Below are positions 8,738 to 17,854 of a stretch of DNA of 27,622 nt, one piece after another. Below the pieces are notes generated by a model, which saw only the letters and a list, made by a program, of their open reading frames with translations, had not been told where the DNA came from and ran no database searches. Position 1 is the stretch's first letter, and every line of letters begins with the position of its first letter. The translations under genes were made by a program, and so were the position numbers. Location: positions 1 through 27,622 of the forward strand of contig PRDJ01000017.1 of NCBI GenBank assembly GCA_003345555.1, read 5' to 3'. Origin of the DNA: Candidatus Thorarchaeota archaeon. Its GTDB lineage: Archaea > Asgardarchaeota > Thorarchaeia > Thorarchaeales > Thorarchaeaceae.

Positions 8738-9688
8738 ATGCGACCACCCTGCGAACTAGTAATCAGAGACTTCCTTCCGGCTGTGAGAGCCAGCACAGCG
8801 AAGGCACTGAAAGACAGGGGGCTCTCACAAAGTGAAATCGCCCATGGACTTGACATAACCCAGGCGGCAGTCAGCAAGTATCTGACCCAACCGTCATCAA
8901 CTGTCGAGGAGAACAAGGCTGTCGCCGTCCTTGTGAAAAAACTGACAGACATGATAGCATCGGGATCCGATGATAGCGACAAGACAACCAAGGCCCTCTG
9001 TTCGACATGCATGTACCTTAGGCTTGGTTCGACTATATGTCGGAACCACAAGGAATCGGTTCCAAGACTCAAGCTGGCCGACTGCCGGATTTGTTCGGAA
9101 TTATTGGCAGGCCGGGAAGCGAGTCTGTCGGGACGAGCAAAGGTGCTTGCCGGTTTGGAGGTCGCGCTCGAGGAAATTGAGGCATGCGAGCACTTCTTCG
9201 TTGTGATGCCACAAGTCAGAGCCAATCTTGTAGCGTGTGACCCCGATGCAACGTCCGACTCAGATGTCGCGGGCGTTCCAGGCAGAATCACTCTTGTGAA
9301 TGGACGTGCTGTTGCTCATGAGGGACCCCAATTTGGTGCGTCTCGACACACTGCAGCGCTCCTTCTTTGGGCCAAAGGTCGGTGGCCTCAAACAAGGGCC
9401 TGTCTATGCATAAGTGGTCGTGATGACATAGTTCAATCTGCTAAGGCACAGGGTTTCACGTTGTACAACACAACCAAGCCAACCACTGACGCTCTTGAAA
9501 TAGCAGAGTCCGCTGGTATGGTCATCAAAAGGACTACAAAGCAACCCTCGTTAATAGCAGTCCATGTCCCGGGTGGCATAGGAGTTGAGCCGATTCTCTA
9601 TCTGTTTGGCCGAAGTGCTGAGGAGTTGGCCCGGGGCTGCATCAGTATTTGTGAGGACCTCTATCACGCTTCCAGCCCTCCCTCCTAG
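8738..9688 (+). CDS. thiR: Thiamine-responsive transcriptional regulator ThiR (N-terminal HTH + ThiN-like domain)
   Basis: HTH GLSQSEIAHGLDITQAAVSKYL, a Cys-rich linker, and ThiN-like MPQVRANLV...DVAGVPGRIT...FGASRHTA. Divergent from thiBPQ. Confidence 0.82.
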   Translation: MRPPCELVIRDFLPAVRASTAKALKDRGLSQSEIAHGLDITQAAVSKYLTQPSSTVEENKAVAVLVKKLTDMIASGSDDSDKTTKALCSTCMYLRLGSTICRNHKESVPRLKLADCRICSELLAGREASLSGRAKVLAGLEVALEEIEACEHFFVVMPQVRANLVACDPDATSDSDVAGVPGRITLVNGRAVAHEGPQFGASRHTAALLLWAKGRWPQTRACLCISGRDDIVQSAKAQGFTLYNTTKPTTDALEIAESAGMVIKRTTKQPSLIAVHVPGGIGVEPILYLFGRSAEELARGCISICEDLYHASSPPS

Positions 9689-9749
9689 GTCCTATGTTAC
9701 ACAGTCTTATGTTAGAGTTGGAGCCCACTTGCGGTATTGTCCTCAGGTG

Positions 9750-10640
9750 GTGAACGATATCTCAGCGGTCAGAAGCAGCCAGCACACTCCTCCAGTGATC
9801 ATACGGAGAGGAGGAATGAGGGACTGCAAGGACATCCTGACAATCTATCAGACGACTCGCTGGCTTAGCCGCAAATATAACACAGTCGAAGAAGTCAAAA
9901 CGGAACACAGGACACTGGGGTTCAGCAACTGGGGATGGCTTGTAGCTGAGCATCAGGAGCAAGTTGTAGGCGAGATAGTGTTTGGAGCGGAAAGGAACCC
10001 GGCCTCGGGCCAAGTTGGAATGATCCGAAGCGTCGATGTGGACATCAGATACCAGAAAAGAAGTATCGGCGCTCAACTGGTCCATGCCGCCGAAGACATA
10101 CTCAGGGCCAAGAGAATCGGGAGAGTGGCCGCGAATTCGCCGCCTGAAGCGTATAATTTCTGGATGAAGGTCAAGTATTTCGCTCGAGGTTCGCTGTATG
10201 ATATTCAAGCTCCAATTAAGAGCATACCAACACGAAACACAGCGAAGGTTACGGCCAAATTCGTAGACCCATCTGCTTTACCCAAGGACTGGGTCTTCTC
10301 ATTGATCGCGCCGCCGGGAGAACTACTAGCCATCGTGAGAGAGATAGTTGACAGTGACAAACAAGGCAGAATCCTTGAATTCTATTCCGGCAAGACCCTA
10401 GTAGGCGCAGGTGCAGTTGTGCGTTCTGAAGGAAGGCGCGCCCGCTTCGTTGCCGACACAATGCCTCAGACAACGGATAACCTAGAGGAGGTAGTATCAA
10501 GGACTGCTCGGTCATCGACGTCCTTGAAGGCCGATTCTGTCTTTACTAGAGTTTCAAGCGAGCACCTGCCCAAGTATCAGGCAATCTCGCACTGGTCAAC
10601 TGTGCTTAGTCAGGATATTCCCGTGAATAGGTTTCTGTGA
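9750..10640 (+). CDS. GNAT family N-acetyltransferase, probably with a second degenerate GNAT-like domain
   Basis: IIRRGGMRDCKDILTIY start motif, acetyl-CoA motif A VDVDIRYQKRSIGAQLV, and AYNFWMKVKY. Start is GTG 9750 or 9795; the ORF-track start at 9585 overlaps thiR. Confidence 0.75.
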   Translation: MNDISAVRSSQHTPPVIIRRGGMRDCKDILTIYQTTRWLSRKYNTVEEVKTEHRTLGFSNWGWLVAEHQEQVVGEIVFGAERNPASGQVGMIRSVDVDIRYQKRSIGAQLVHAAEDILRAKRIGRVAANSPPEAYNFWMKVKYFARGSLYDIQAPIKSIPTRNTAKVTAKFVDPSALPKDWVFSLIAPPGELLAIVREIVDSDKQGRILEFYSGKTLVGAGAVVRSEGRRARFVADTMPQTTDNLEEVVSRTARSSTSLKADSVFTRVSSEHLPKYQAISHWSTVLSQDIPVNRFL

Positions 10641-12233
10641 CTACTCTTCCCCTGAGCCTTCCGTCACAATGGGCAGAACCCAATTAGCAAATACCAATGC
10701 CGTCCCCAAGGCCCAGATGCTGGCTAAGTTCAGGTGCCACACCAAGAGTGCATAGCTAGTGACCCCAAGCGCGGCGAAAAGGACCACTACCACCAGCGCA
10801 AAGACCACGTCAACAATGATAACGTCCTTTACGGGCTTGCCCTGCTTCGAGCGGACAATCGGAATAGCCGCGGCCAGCCCAAGCAACACAACAAGACTCA
10901 CGATTTCCTCAGGCCTTACACTCGCAAACCCAAACATTCTCTCAGTCTGCGCTTCCAGTCCTTCGGGAGTGATGACTACCACCTTGAGTGTGTGTTGCCA
11001 CTTAGTGTAATTGCCCACGTCAAACTGGAAGCTGTAGACACCCGCATCTGCAGTGACGTTGATTAGCCCGGACACTGCTACACCATCGACATACACGGTC
11101 AAGTTCACCGTATGCCAATCACTTGTTATGTCCACGGTGAATGTTGCTAGCCCAACAACCACATCGGTGCGAACCGCAGCAAAGGCAACCGAGGGTAGTC
11201 CGTGATTGTCGACCGTGAGCAGCATAGTGTGAATCCAGACGTAAGTGCCATTTCCGTATGCTTTGAAAGTGAAGTTGTGATTGCCTTCCGAGTAGATTGT
11301 TGTGTTAATCGTCACTGTAGCTGTGCCCTTGGGCAGCGTGACATTGCTTATGTAAGGAACAAGCACATAGTCGACGTATGCTGAGAATGTTACGTTAGGG
11401 AATGGAGTGAAGATCCTTATTGTTATGGACTGGTTTCCTCTTATCGTGCTGTAGGCAGTCAGGTCGGTAACTGCAAACCGGACATAGTCAAGGAAGTAAA
11501 GGACCCGGGATACACTCGCCTTTAGTCCTTCCTCGGTGACAACCGTAGCATTCACCGTGTGGAGACCGTTGTCATAGCGTGAGCCGTTAATCACATAGTT
11601 GGCGGCTCCAACGGGAACAGCAGTCGCATTGAACTCCTTGGCAATAGCACCATCAACTCGGATGGTCAAGTTCACTTGCGAGTAGTCTGATGTAATGTTG
11701 AGGAACAGGTCACCCATCCCGGTAAAAGTACCGTTGTAAGCTGGTGAGATGAAGGCGATGCTCGGGGGACCGTGATTGTTCACTAAGAAGACAAGGTGAT
11801 AAGACTCTCTCTCGACGGGCTGAACCGCGTTGGTCTCGAAGAAGAGAGTGAAGTTACGATTCCCATCGCGGAGAGTGGTTGTGCTAACAGTTACGTTCTG
11901 CAATCCTGTGCCAATCAACGTCTGATTGTAGGCAGGATATGTCACTGAATCAACAAACAGAGTCAGATTCAGGGGACCATTCACAGACGTGATGTTTAGA
12001 GTCATGGTGAGGTTTCCAACAACTGTGCTCTGGTTCGCTGGAGTGATGAGCACCACCGTGATGTTGGGCGAGTTATAGCCGCTTGGGACGAACACTCCTT
12101 GACCGAGATTCTGGGAAAAGGACCCGGCAGACTGTGCATTAGATTGAGGCTGCGTTTGGGCGGCGCCCACAATGAGTACAGATAGGAGCACTAAACACAT
12201 GAGCGCGCTGCTTCTAGGAACGAGGCCTTCCAT
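10641..12233 (-). CDS. Membrane-anchored cell-surface glycoprotein with four Ig-like repeats
   Basis: Signal-peptide-like N-terminus, four ~90-aa beta-rich repeats, ~23 N-x-S/T sequons counted by hand, and ~3 C-terminal TM helices. Confidence 0.82.
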   Translation of the reverse strand: MEGLVPRSSALMCLVLLSVLIVGAAQTQPQSNAQSAGSFSQNLGQGVFVPSGYNSPNITVVLITPANQSTVVGNLTMTLNITSVNGPLNLTLFVDSVTYPAYNQTLIGTGLQNVTVSTTTLRDGNRNFTLFFETNAVQPVERESYHLVFLVNNHGPPSIAFISPAYNGTFTGMGDLFLNITSDYSQVNLTIRVDGAIAKEFNATAVPVGAANYVINGSRYDNGLHTVNATVVTEEGLKASVSRVLYFLDYVRFAVTDLTAYSTIRGNQSITIRIFTPFPNVTFSAYVDYVLVPYISNVTLPKGTATVTINTTIYSEGNHNFTFKAYGNGTYVWIHTMLLTVDNHGLPSVAFAAVRTDVVVGLATFTVDITSDWHTVNLTVYVDGVAVSGLINVTADAGVYSFQFDVGNYTKWQHTLKVVVITPEGLEAQTERMFGFASVRPEEIVSLVVLLGLAAAIPIVRSKQGKPVKDVIIVDVVFALVVVVLFAALGVTSYALLVWHLNLASIWALGTALVFANWVLPIVTEGSGEE

Positions 12234-12281
12234 CTACCAGTCCCCTTTGGTCGGGCAATTGCGGGAGCAGCAGAGAGGCCG

Positions 12282-12289
12282 TTTTTAAA
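12282..12289 (-). promoter_or_regulatory. Candidate TATA box for the surface-protein gene
   Basis: TTTAAAAA on the minus strand ~50 bp upstream of ATG 12233; GGGGA just upstream of the start. Confidence 0.5.
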
Positions 12290-12504
12290 GCTAGCGCCAG
12301 TTCTAGAGTTGTACCGGCCAATCTTCCGACCGGACCACCGCGATCATCACTATTCCAAGTAACATGAGTAGCAAACATGATTCCTTGAATAGGCGCGTGA
12401 CTGAGAACTTGAGGGTCACAAAGCAGCGTCGAATAATCCACGGAGAAACAGGGACCATGATAGGTCGAAAGGGTGCTTTGAGAGAACTAAAATGCGGCTT
12501 GACA

Positions 12505-12789
12505 CTAAGACCGGGCAATGGCCCATGGACTCCACTGTGTCCTATCCATACGAGAAGATAGATACTCAGCGAGCTTGGCTCTGATTGCTATCAGCTCTGC
12601 CCGACGGTCGCTATCTCCTATGTCTGCCAACTCCTTTGCTATATCGTCGAATATCCCAAGAGGAACGTTACGAAAACATCCGATCACATAATTCTGGTTG
12701 ATTCTCTTGGCTTTTCTCTCAAGGAATGCTCTCAGCACGCCGGTGAGATAGTTCCTCTCTGCGACGTTCAATCGGGTGAAGCTCTTCAC
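12505..12789 (-). CDS. Small helical hypothetical protein (94 aa)
   Basis: GTG start, amphipathic-helix composition, and a TATA-like ATTTAAAC 24-31 bp upstream, which is the leaderless spacing. Confidence 0.6.
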   Translation of the reverse strand: MKSFTRLNVAERNYLTGVLRAFLERKAKRINQNYVIGCFRNVPLGIFDDIAKELADIGDSDRRAELIAIRAKLAEYLSSRMDRTQWSPWAIARS

Positions 12790-12812
12790 AAGCTAGCGAT
12801 ATAGTATCATAT

Positions 12813-12820
12813 GTTTAAAT
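12813..12820 (-). promoter_or_regulatory. Candidate TATA box for the 94-aa gene
   Basis: ATTTAAAC on the minus strand in a locally AT-rich patch at leaderless distance. Confidence 0.5.
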
Positions 12821-12876
12821 ATCATAGTCGCATGTCCTCGAAGACGCGACCCGGCCGAGACTAAGTTGGTCTTGAG

Positions 12877-14115
12877 CTACTTTCTTGCATTGAAAGCGAG
12901 GAACCTCTCCATAAGATTCGCGTAGTCGCCGAGTACTATCACGTGGTGATTCGCAAGAGAACCTTCTAGGAGCTGCTTTGCCGGTTTTGCCAGATGCACT
13001 CGTACTTGAGTTCGACAACCAGTCTCGTTTCTTAGGTTCTCTTTGATGTCGCCTCCTGAGACCCAATATTGAGAGAGGTCGTCACCCCACATCTTCATGA
13101 CAGTCACAGGTTGAAGAGGGAACTGGCCTCTTATTGCCACACTTCTGCCCGTCTCAAAATGTGTGGTGATTTCATACGCATTGACAATCGACGTTGGTAC
13201 TGTGCAATGAGCGGCAACGACTGAGTTCTCTGATTCATCAATATCCGCAATGTTTGCCAGGAAGGCAGGCTGCTTCGTCAGATACTTTGCAATCATCATT
13301 GTGAACGCAGCAGGAACATCGCCCTCGCACCCTGCGACCATCCCTTGCAGATTGTTCAACCAAGACAGAGCACAACAGCCGCTTATTCCAGCCTTGTGCT
13401 CTAGGGTGAAGCACTCGACAGATAGGGCGTCCAAGTCTTGTTTCTGGGCGAGCTCTTCCATTGCCTGTGAAACCAGACCAGCTTTCTTCACATCTTCCTC
13501 CGGCACATCACTGCAAACTGCACCTCGCACAAACGTCTCGATTGCCATTTCCGTTTTCTCTGAAGGAGGTTTGTTCAAGAGACCAATCAGCTCATCCAGC
13601 TGCACATCCAGAATTGTCGTTCCCCACCTTTTCCGAACCGCGGATGTGCTTACCGTTGATGCCACGAGCCAAGGTGAAGGCTTTCCAATCACCGCCAGAC
13701 GAGACTCGCGAATCCTCTCTTCAACTTGTGAAAAGCCGCACCACTCACTAACCGTTTTGACGAGTTCAGAGAAAGGTGCGTGAATGATGCGTGAAGATAT
13801 CCCATGCTTCTGCAAGTAGGCACGCACTTCCATCGCCGCAGGTAAGGAATTGGACTGTGTGTGAGACAGGAGGATTATTGGTGGGCTGAGACCACTTCTT
13901 GCCAGGAACTGAGTGATCATGTTCTCAGTTCCGCCTGTGCCGACAAGAATCGAGTTGTGCTGACGCAGGATAGCGCGTCCCTCAGTGCTTTTCGGAGAGA
14001 GGAACTCCTCCGGAGATAGAACCCGAGAACCAACTTCCTGAAGGCGTGCTTCCATTCCTACTCTCAACTGACTTGGTGAGATTGGCGAGAAGAACGGGAT
14101 TACGTTGACTGTCAT
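12877..14115 (-). CDS. L-fucose/L-arabinose isomerase-like protein
   Basis: GTGGTE near the N-terminus; metal-ligand-type motifs VECF, GCEGD, AHCT and ANHH. Start placed at ATG 14115 (TTG 14205 is possible). Confidence 0.75.
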   Translation of the reverse strand: MTVNVIPFFSPISPSQLRVGMEARLQEVGSRVLSPEEFLSPKSTEGRAILRQHNSILVGTGGTENMITQFLARSGLSPPIILLSHTQSNSLPAAMEVRAYLQKHGISSRIIHAPFSELVKTVSEWCGFSQVEERIRESRLAVIGKPSPWLVASTVSTSAVRKRWGTTILDVQLDELIGLLNKPPSEKTEMAIETFVRGAVCSDVPEEDVKKAGLVSQAMEELAQKQDLDALSVECFTLEHKAGISGCCALSWLNNLQGMVAGCEGDVPAAFTMMIAKYLTKQPAFLANIADIDESENSVVAAHCTVPTSIVNAYEITTHFETGRSVAIRGQFPLQPVTVMKMWGDDLSQYWVSGGDIKENLRNETGCRTQVRVHLAKPAKQLLEGSLANHHVIVLGDYANLMERFLAFNARK

Positions 14116-14205
14116 GCCAAGCTGCCGCTTGGCTCGTGGTATTTGACCTTGATGGAAGGCAAGAAGCCCCATGCACTCGAAGAAGAGGAAGTAGTGTCCA
14201 GTCAA

Positions 14206-14853
14206 TCACCGTACAAAGCGTCTGAGAATCTCAACAACCTCCGAGTCAGGTACGTCGTACCATTTCTCGTAAGCGTCCGCCACTGCAAACATGCCGGCCC
14301 TCTCAATCCGGGGACAAATCAACCGTTCGACGACTGCTCCAATCATGTCCGCGGCGCCTCCTGATGACGTAGGAACAGCTACGCTGATGCTTGACGGCCC
14401 GAGGTCTTTCACTGATTCTACAGCAGCAAGCATAGTGTATCCAGAAGCCAGTCCGTCATCGACTAGAACGACGTGCTTGCCGCTTGGGCTGGAGCGGCCG
14501 ATGAGACCAGCATATGCCTTCTTCCTATCCGTGATTTGCTTTTCGGTCTTGGTTCTAACAATCTCCACATCCTGTTTGCTGAGGCCGAGATGCCTCACGA
14601 GTGGTTCATTAAGAATCATCTTGCCAAATGATGTCAATGCGCCAAAGCCTGCTTCGGTATTGTAGGGAATCTGAAGTTTCCTGACGATGAGTGTGTCTAG
14701 TTCAGCAGGCAAGTTTTCAGCTATGGGTGCTGCAACTGCCAAGCCTCCGTTCGGGATGGCTAAGACCAACCTGGGATCGGGAAGGTGCAGGATCGACAAC
14801 TTGTCCGCCAGAACCTGCCCGGCATGTCTTCTATCACGATAGCTCGGCAGCAA
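14206..14853 (-). CDS. Phosphoribosyltransferase-family protein (uncharacterised type I PRTase)
   Basis: YRDRRHAGQVLA, LAIPNGG, VRKLQIP, and the PRPP-binding loop VVLVDDGLASGYT. Confidence 0.85.
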   Translation of the reverse strand: MLPSYRDRRHAGQVLADKLSILHLPDPRLVLAIPNGGLAVAAPIAENLPAELDTLIVRKLQIPYNTEAGFGALTSFGKMILNEPLVRHLGLSKQDVEIVRTKTEKQITDRKKAYAGLIGRSSPSGKHVVLVDDGLASGYTMLAAVESVKDLGPSSISVAVPTSSGGAADMIGAVVERLICPRIERAGMFAVADAYEKWYDVPDSEVVEILRRFVR

Positions 14854-15026
14854 TCAGACCACCGAAGATGATTGTGTCCATTTGGGTCTTAGACATTGTG
14901 CTGTCCCGGTTGGGTGGGACTAACATGTTCACGTCCTTCATTGCTTCGGGGACTATAGGGCCTTTCAGACTACGTAGAGCACCTGCAATGATAACTCAAT
15001 ACCGCCGCTGAGCTAACAGCACGAAG

Positions 15027-16292
15027 CTAGAATCGAAGGATCAGTTGCAGCAGGAAATACGCATTGAAAGCTAGTATCAACGATGCGAAAAGCATGGCCA
15101 CGAAGGTTGTCATCCTCCGATTCACGAATTGTCCCATCACGTCTTTCTTGCTGGTCAGATAGATGATAGGTATCAACGGGAGAGGTATCAGCAGGCTGAG
15201 AATGATCTGGCTGTAGACGAGCAGACTAAGTGCATTGAATCCCACGTATATGGCGACGAACGTGGGGACGACATTGATTACACGCAGGACGATCCTTCTT
15301 AGCCACGGATGTATGTTTCTTCCAAGGAGTCCTTCCATCAGAGCCTGACCGGCGAGCACGCCAGTTGTTGATGAGGACAGTCCGGATGCAAGCAGAGTTA
15401 CACCGAAAACTGCGCTGGCCAAGACGCCGAACAGGGGAGTCAGGGTATGATATGCCTGCTCCACAGTATTAACAGAGGTTCCGGTGCCGGTGAAGGCCGC
15501 AGCGGCCATAATCAGGATTGCGGCGTTCACTAGCCCTGCAATAGAGAGGTTAATCGCGTTATCGGCAATGTGATACCTTAGAAGTCGACGCTTTTCCGCC
15601 TCATCGCCAATGGTCAGCTTGTTCTTGGTCAACCATGAATGAACGGCCAAGGCGTGTGGCATCACAGTTGCACCTATTATTCCTATCACAAGAGGGCCAG
15701 TGGCCGGGGTCAGCATGGGAGTAACGCTGTGGAATGCAACAGAAATGAAGTCAGGTCGTGTGATGAAAATCTCGTAGACATAGCCGAACCCTATGATTGA
15801 AACAAGTATCCCAACTAGCGACTCTATGCGCCTGAACTTCCCACCTGCAAGAAGAAAGATGAATATGACATCAAAAGATGCAATGGCAGCAGCCCACAGC
15901 AGGGGTATTCCGAGCAGTAGGTTAAGTGCAAGAGCTACACCAAGGAATTCGGCCAAGTCTGTAGCTACAGCGAATGCCTCGCACGATAGCCAGTAAACTA
16001 GGATCTTTCGCCTCGACTTCAGCTTCTCTCGCACCAACTCGGGCATACTGCGTCCTGTGGCTATTCCGATTTTCCCGGAGAGATACTGCAACAGCATGGC
16101 CATGATGCTGGCAAGCCAGACCACCCAAAGAAGGTCATAGTCATAACCTGCTCCTGCTGCTATGGCCGTTCCGAAATTGCCAGGATCAACATACGCGACA
16201 CTCACAACAAGCGCCGGGCCAAAGAACTTGAGAAACTGACTATTCCTTAGTCTGGTGTGCGACCTCATTGCATTCGGTGGCGGACTGGACAT
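15027..16292 (-). CDS. mntH: Nramp family divalent metal (Mn2+/Fe2+) transporter
   Basis: Hallmark YVDPGN (TM1) and GATVMPHAL (TM6) motifs; ~11 TM segments. Confidence 0.93.
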   Translation of the reverse strand: MSSPPPNAMRSHTRLRNSQFLKFFGPALVVSVAYVDPGNFGTAIAAGAGYDYDLLWVVWLASIMAMLLQYLSGKIGIATGRSMPELVREKLKSRRKILVYWLSCEAFAVATDLAEFLGVALALNLLLGIPLLWAAAIASFDVIFIFLLAGGKFRRIESLVGILVSIIGFGYVYEIFITRPDFISVAFHSVTPMLTPATGPLVIGIIGATVMPHALAVHSWLTKNKLTIGDEAEKRRLLRYHIADNAINLSIAGLVNAAILIMAAAAFTGTGTSVNTVEQAYHTLTPLFGVLASAVFGVTLLASGLSSSTTGVLAGQALMEGLLGRNIHPWLRRIVLRVINVVPTFVAIYVGFNALSLLVYSQIILSLLIPLPLIPIIYLTSKKDVMGQFVNRRMTTFVAMLFASLILAFNAYFLLQLILRF

Positions 16293-16413
16293 TTCCGAGT
16301 ACCCAGCCTACTGACTTTTGGTGCTCTGGTCCAAGAACACGACAACATAAGGATAACTCAGGTCTTCGCCAATCAGTAAGACTAATCACGGTGCAAGTCT
16401 GCTTCGTAGTGCA

Positions 16414-16785
16414 GTGATAGATGTGGTCAAAGTATACCGTGCCTCCGAAACAGAACTTGTTGGTATGGCGGGCTATGGCCGCAAGTACGTTGCAGATGTG
16501 AGGTTTAGGAGAAAACTTGACACAGCGGGGTTCATCTGGGTGAAGATACCGGGCGGCATGAAAACAGACGCTCACAAGCATGAAAGACTGGAAGAAGCAT
16601 TCTTCTTTGTTGATTCAGCCAAGATGGGAGTCGGAGACCAGATTCTGCAGGTGAACGAAGGAGATGTGGTGGTTGTCGAGCCGGGAGAAGCTCACTGGTT
16701 CGAAACCGAGGAAGACCATGATGTTAGAGTAGTAGCTATCAAGTTCCCCAATCTGAAAACAGACAAGGTTGAGATTCAACCATAG
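16414..16785 (+). CDS. Cupin domain protein
   Basis: Cupin motif 1 HKHERLEEAFFF and motif 2 GDVVVVEPGEAHWF; GTG start. Confidence 0.85.
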   Translation: MIDVVKVYRASETELVGMAGYGRKYVADVRFRRKLDTAGFIWVKIPGGMKTDAHKHERLEEAFFFVDSAKMGVGDQILQVNEGDVVVVEPGEAHWFETEEDHDVRVVAIKFPNLKTDKVEIQP

Positions 16786-16816
16786 CTATTCAGCCAAAAG
16801 CACGAAAGCTCGGTTA

Positions 16817-17854
16817 TCAGTATCGCTTCGGTCTCTTTGGATAGGCGCTAAAGGGCGTACGAGGCTCCATGGTCAACCATTCTGTGGACTTGTCCAGTTG
16901 TTCGAGTGACCTCAGAATATCGAATGTCACCCATCTGGAAGCCTCCGGGTGAGGCAGGTACTCCCACAGTCCGTACTTCCCCTCTTGTTTGGTCACGTAG
17001 TCAATGAGTTCCCGGACGCGTTCATCGCTCTTGTCTGCACCTATCTTGGAGCAGAGACTGAGAACCAGCGCCATATCGAACTTGGCATGGTAGGTCAAGA
17101 AGCCGCTTGTCTTCTCATATCCCACGGTCCTCGCAACTTCAAAACCCAAGTCAAGCCGTTCGCGCGTTTCTCGTGCGAGGAGCATGTCAAGCGCCCGTTT
17201 GGCTGCGCTGCTGGTCCTCCTTGTTGGATGAAGGGCCAGGCAAATCAGCGACGCTGTAGTGTTCGACCGGCAGCCCCAGCGTGAATGCGGCAAACGACGA
17301 TAGCCTGCAACGCGGCCATAGACATCACCCGCCTTCCCTGTGGGCCAAGAACCATCTTCCAGTCCTTGTGACAGTAGCCATTCATACGCATTCTCAGCTC
17401 TTGAGTCGGTTCCAAGACCACACGCCGCGATTCCACGCAGAGGGATTGCGGTCTGCAGAGGAATCATAGTGTAGCCTCTCGCCGTCGGTTCCTCGCGTTC
17501 CCAGTTTCCGGGTAGCGGCCACGATCCGTCATGCCTCTGTTTTGAAAAGAGATACTCTACCCCACGCTTGATAGCTGGATGCCCAGAGTCATATCCCAGA
17601 AAGCCTAAGGTTGTCAAAGCACGGGATGTCGCAATGTGGCGATCGATTCGGGCGCCCCCGGAGAGAGAGGTCTCTTTCCAAGAACCATCACTGAGTTGTA
17701 ACTGAAGCAGCAATACGGAGATGGGATCTTCATCCCTGAACTTGATGAGTTCACGGACTTCGGGATCTCCTTCAGGACGATGCAGGAGTTCTCGAAGAAC
17801 CAGCAATCTAAGAGAAGGAGATGAGTCGGCTAGAAGAAGGGCGGCCCAAGTCAT
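16817..17854 (-). CDS. Prenyltransferase/squalene-cyclase-like (QW-repeat, alpha-alpha toroid) protein
   Basis: Repeats QLSDGSW, QRHDGSW, QGLEDGSW and QEGKYGLW. The real start is probably ATG 17854, overlapping the uvrA stop as ATGA (345 aa). Confidence 0.75.
   Translation of the reverse strand: MTWAALLLADSSPSLRLLVLRELLHRPEGDPEVRELIKFRDEDPISVLLLQLQLSDGSWKETSLSGGARIDRHIATSRALTTLGFLGYDSGHPAIKRGVEYLFSKQRHDGSWPLPGNWEREEPTARGYTMIPLQTAIPLRGIAACGLGTDSRAENAYEWLLSQGLEDGSWPTGKAGDVYGRVAGYRRLPHSRWGCRSNTTASLICLALHPTRRTSSAAKRALDMLLARETRERLDLGFEVARTVGYEKTSGFLTYHAKFDMALVLSLCSKIGADKSDERVRELIDYVTKQEGKYGLWEYLPHPEASRWVTFDILRSLEQLDKSTEWLTMEPRTPFSAYPKRPKRY

Noticed and set aside
12214-12561. Several overlapping 65-75 aa ORFs on both strands
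   Set aside because: They are mutually overlapping, overlap better-supported genes or promoter, and show no recognisable motifs.
14980-15022. GCTGTTAGCTCAGCGGCGG on the minus strand resembles a tRNA acceptor/D-arm start
   Set aside because: No anticodon arm, T-loop (TTCRA) or complementary acceptor strand follows.
16293-16413. Searched for a DtxR/MntR-type operator upstream of mntH
   Set aside because: No convincing palindrome found.
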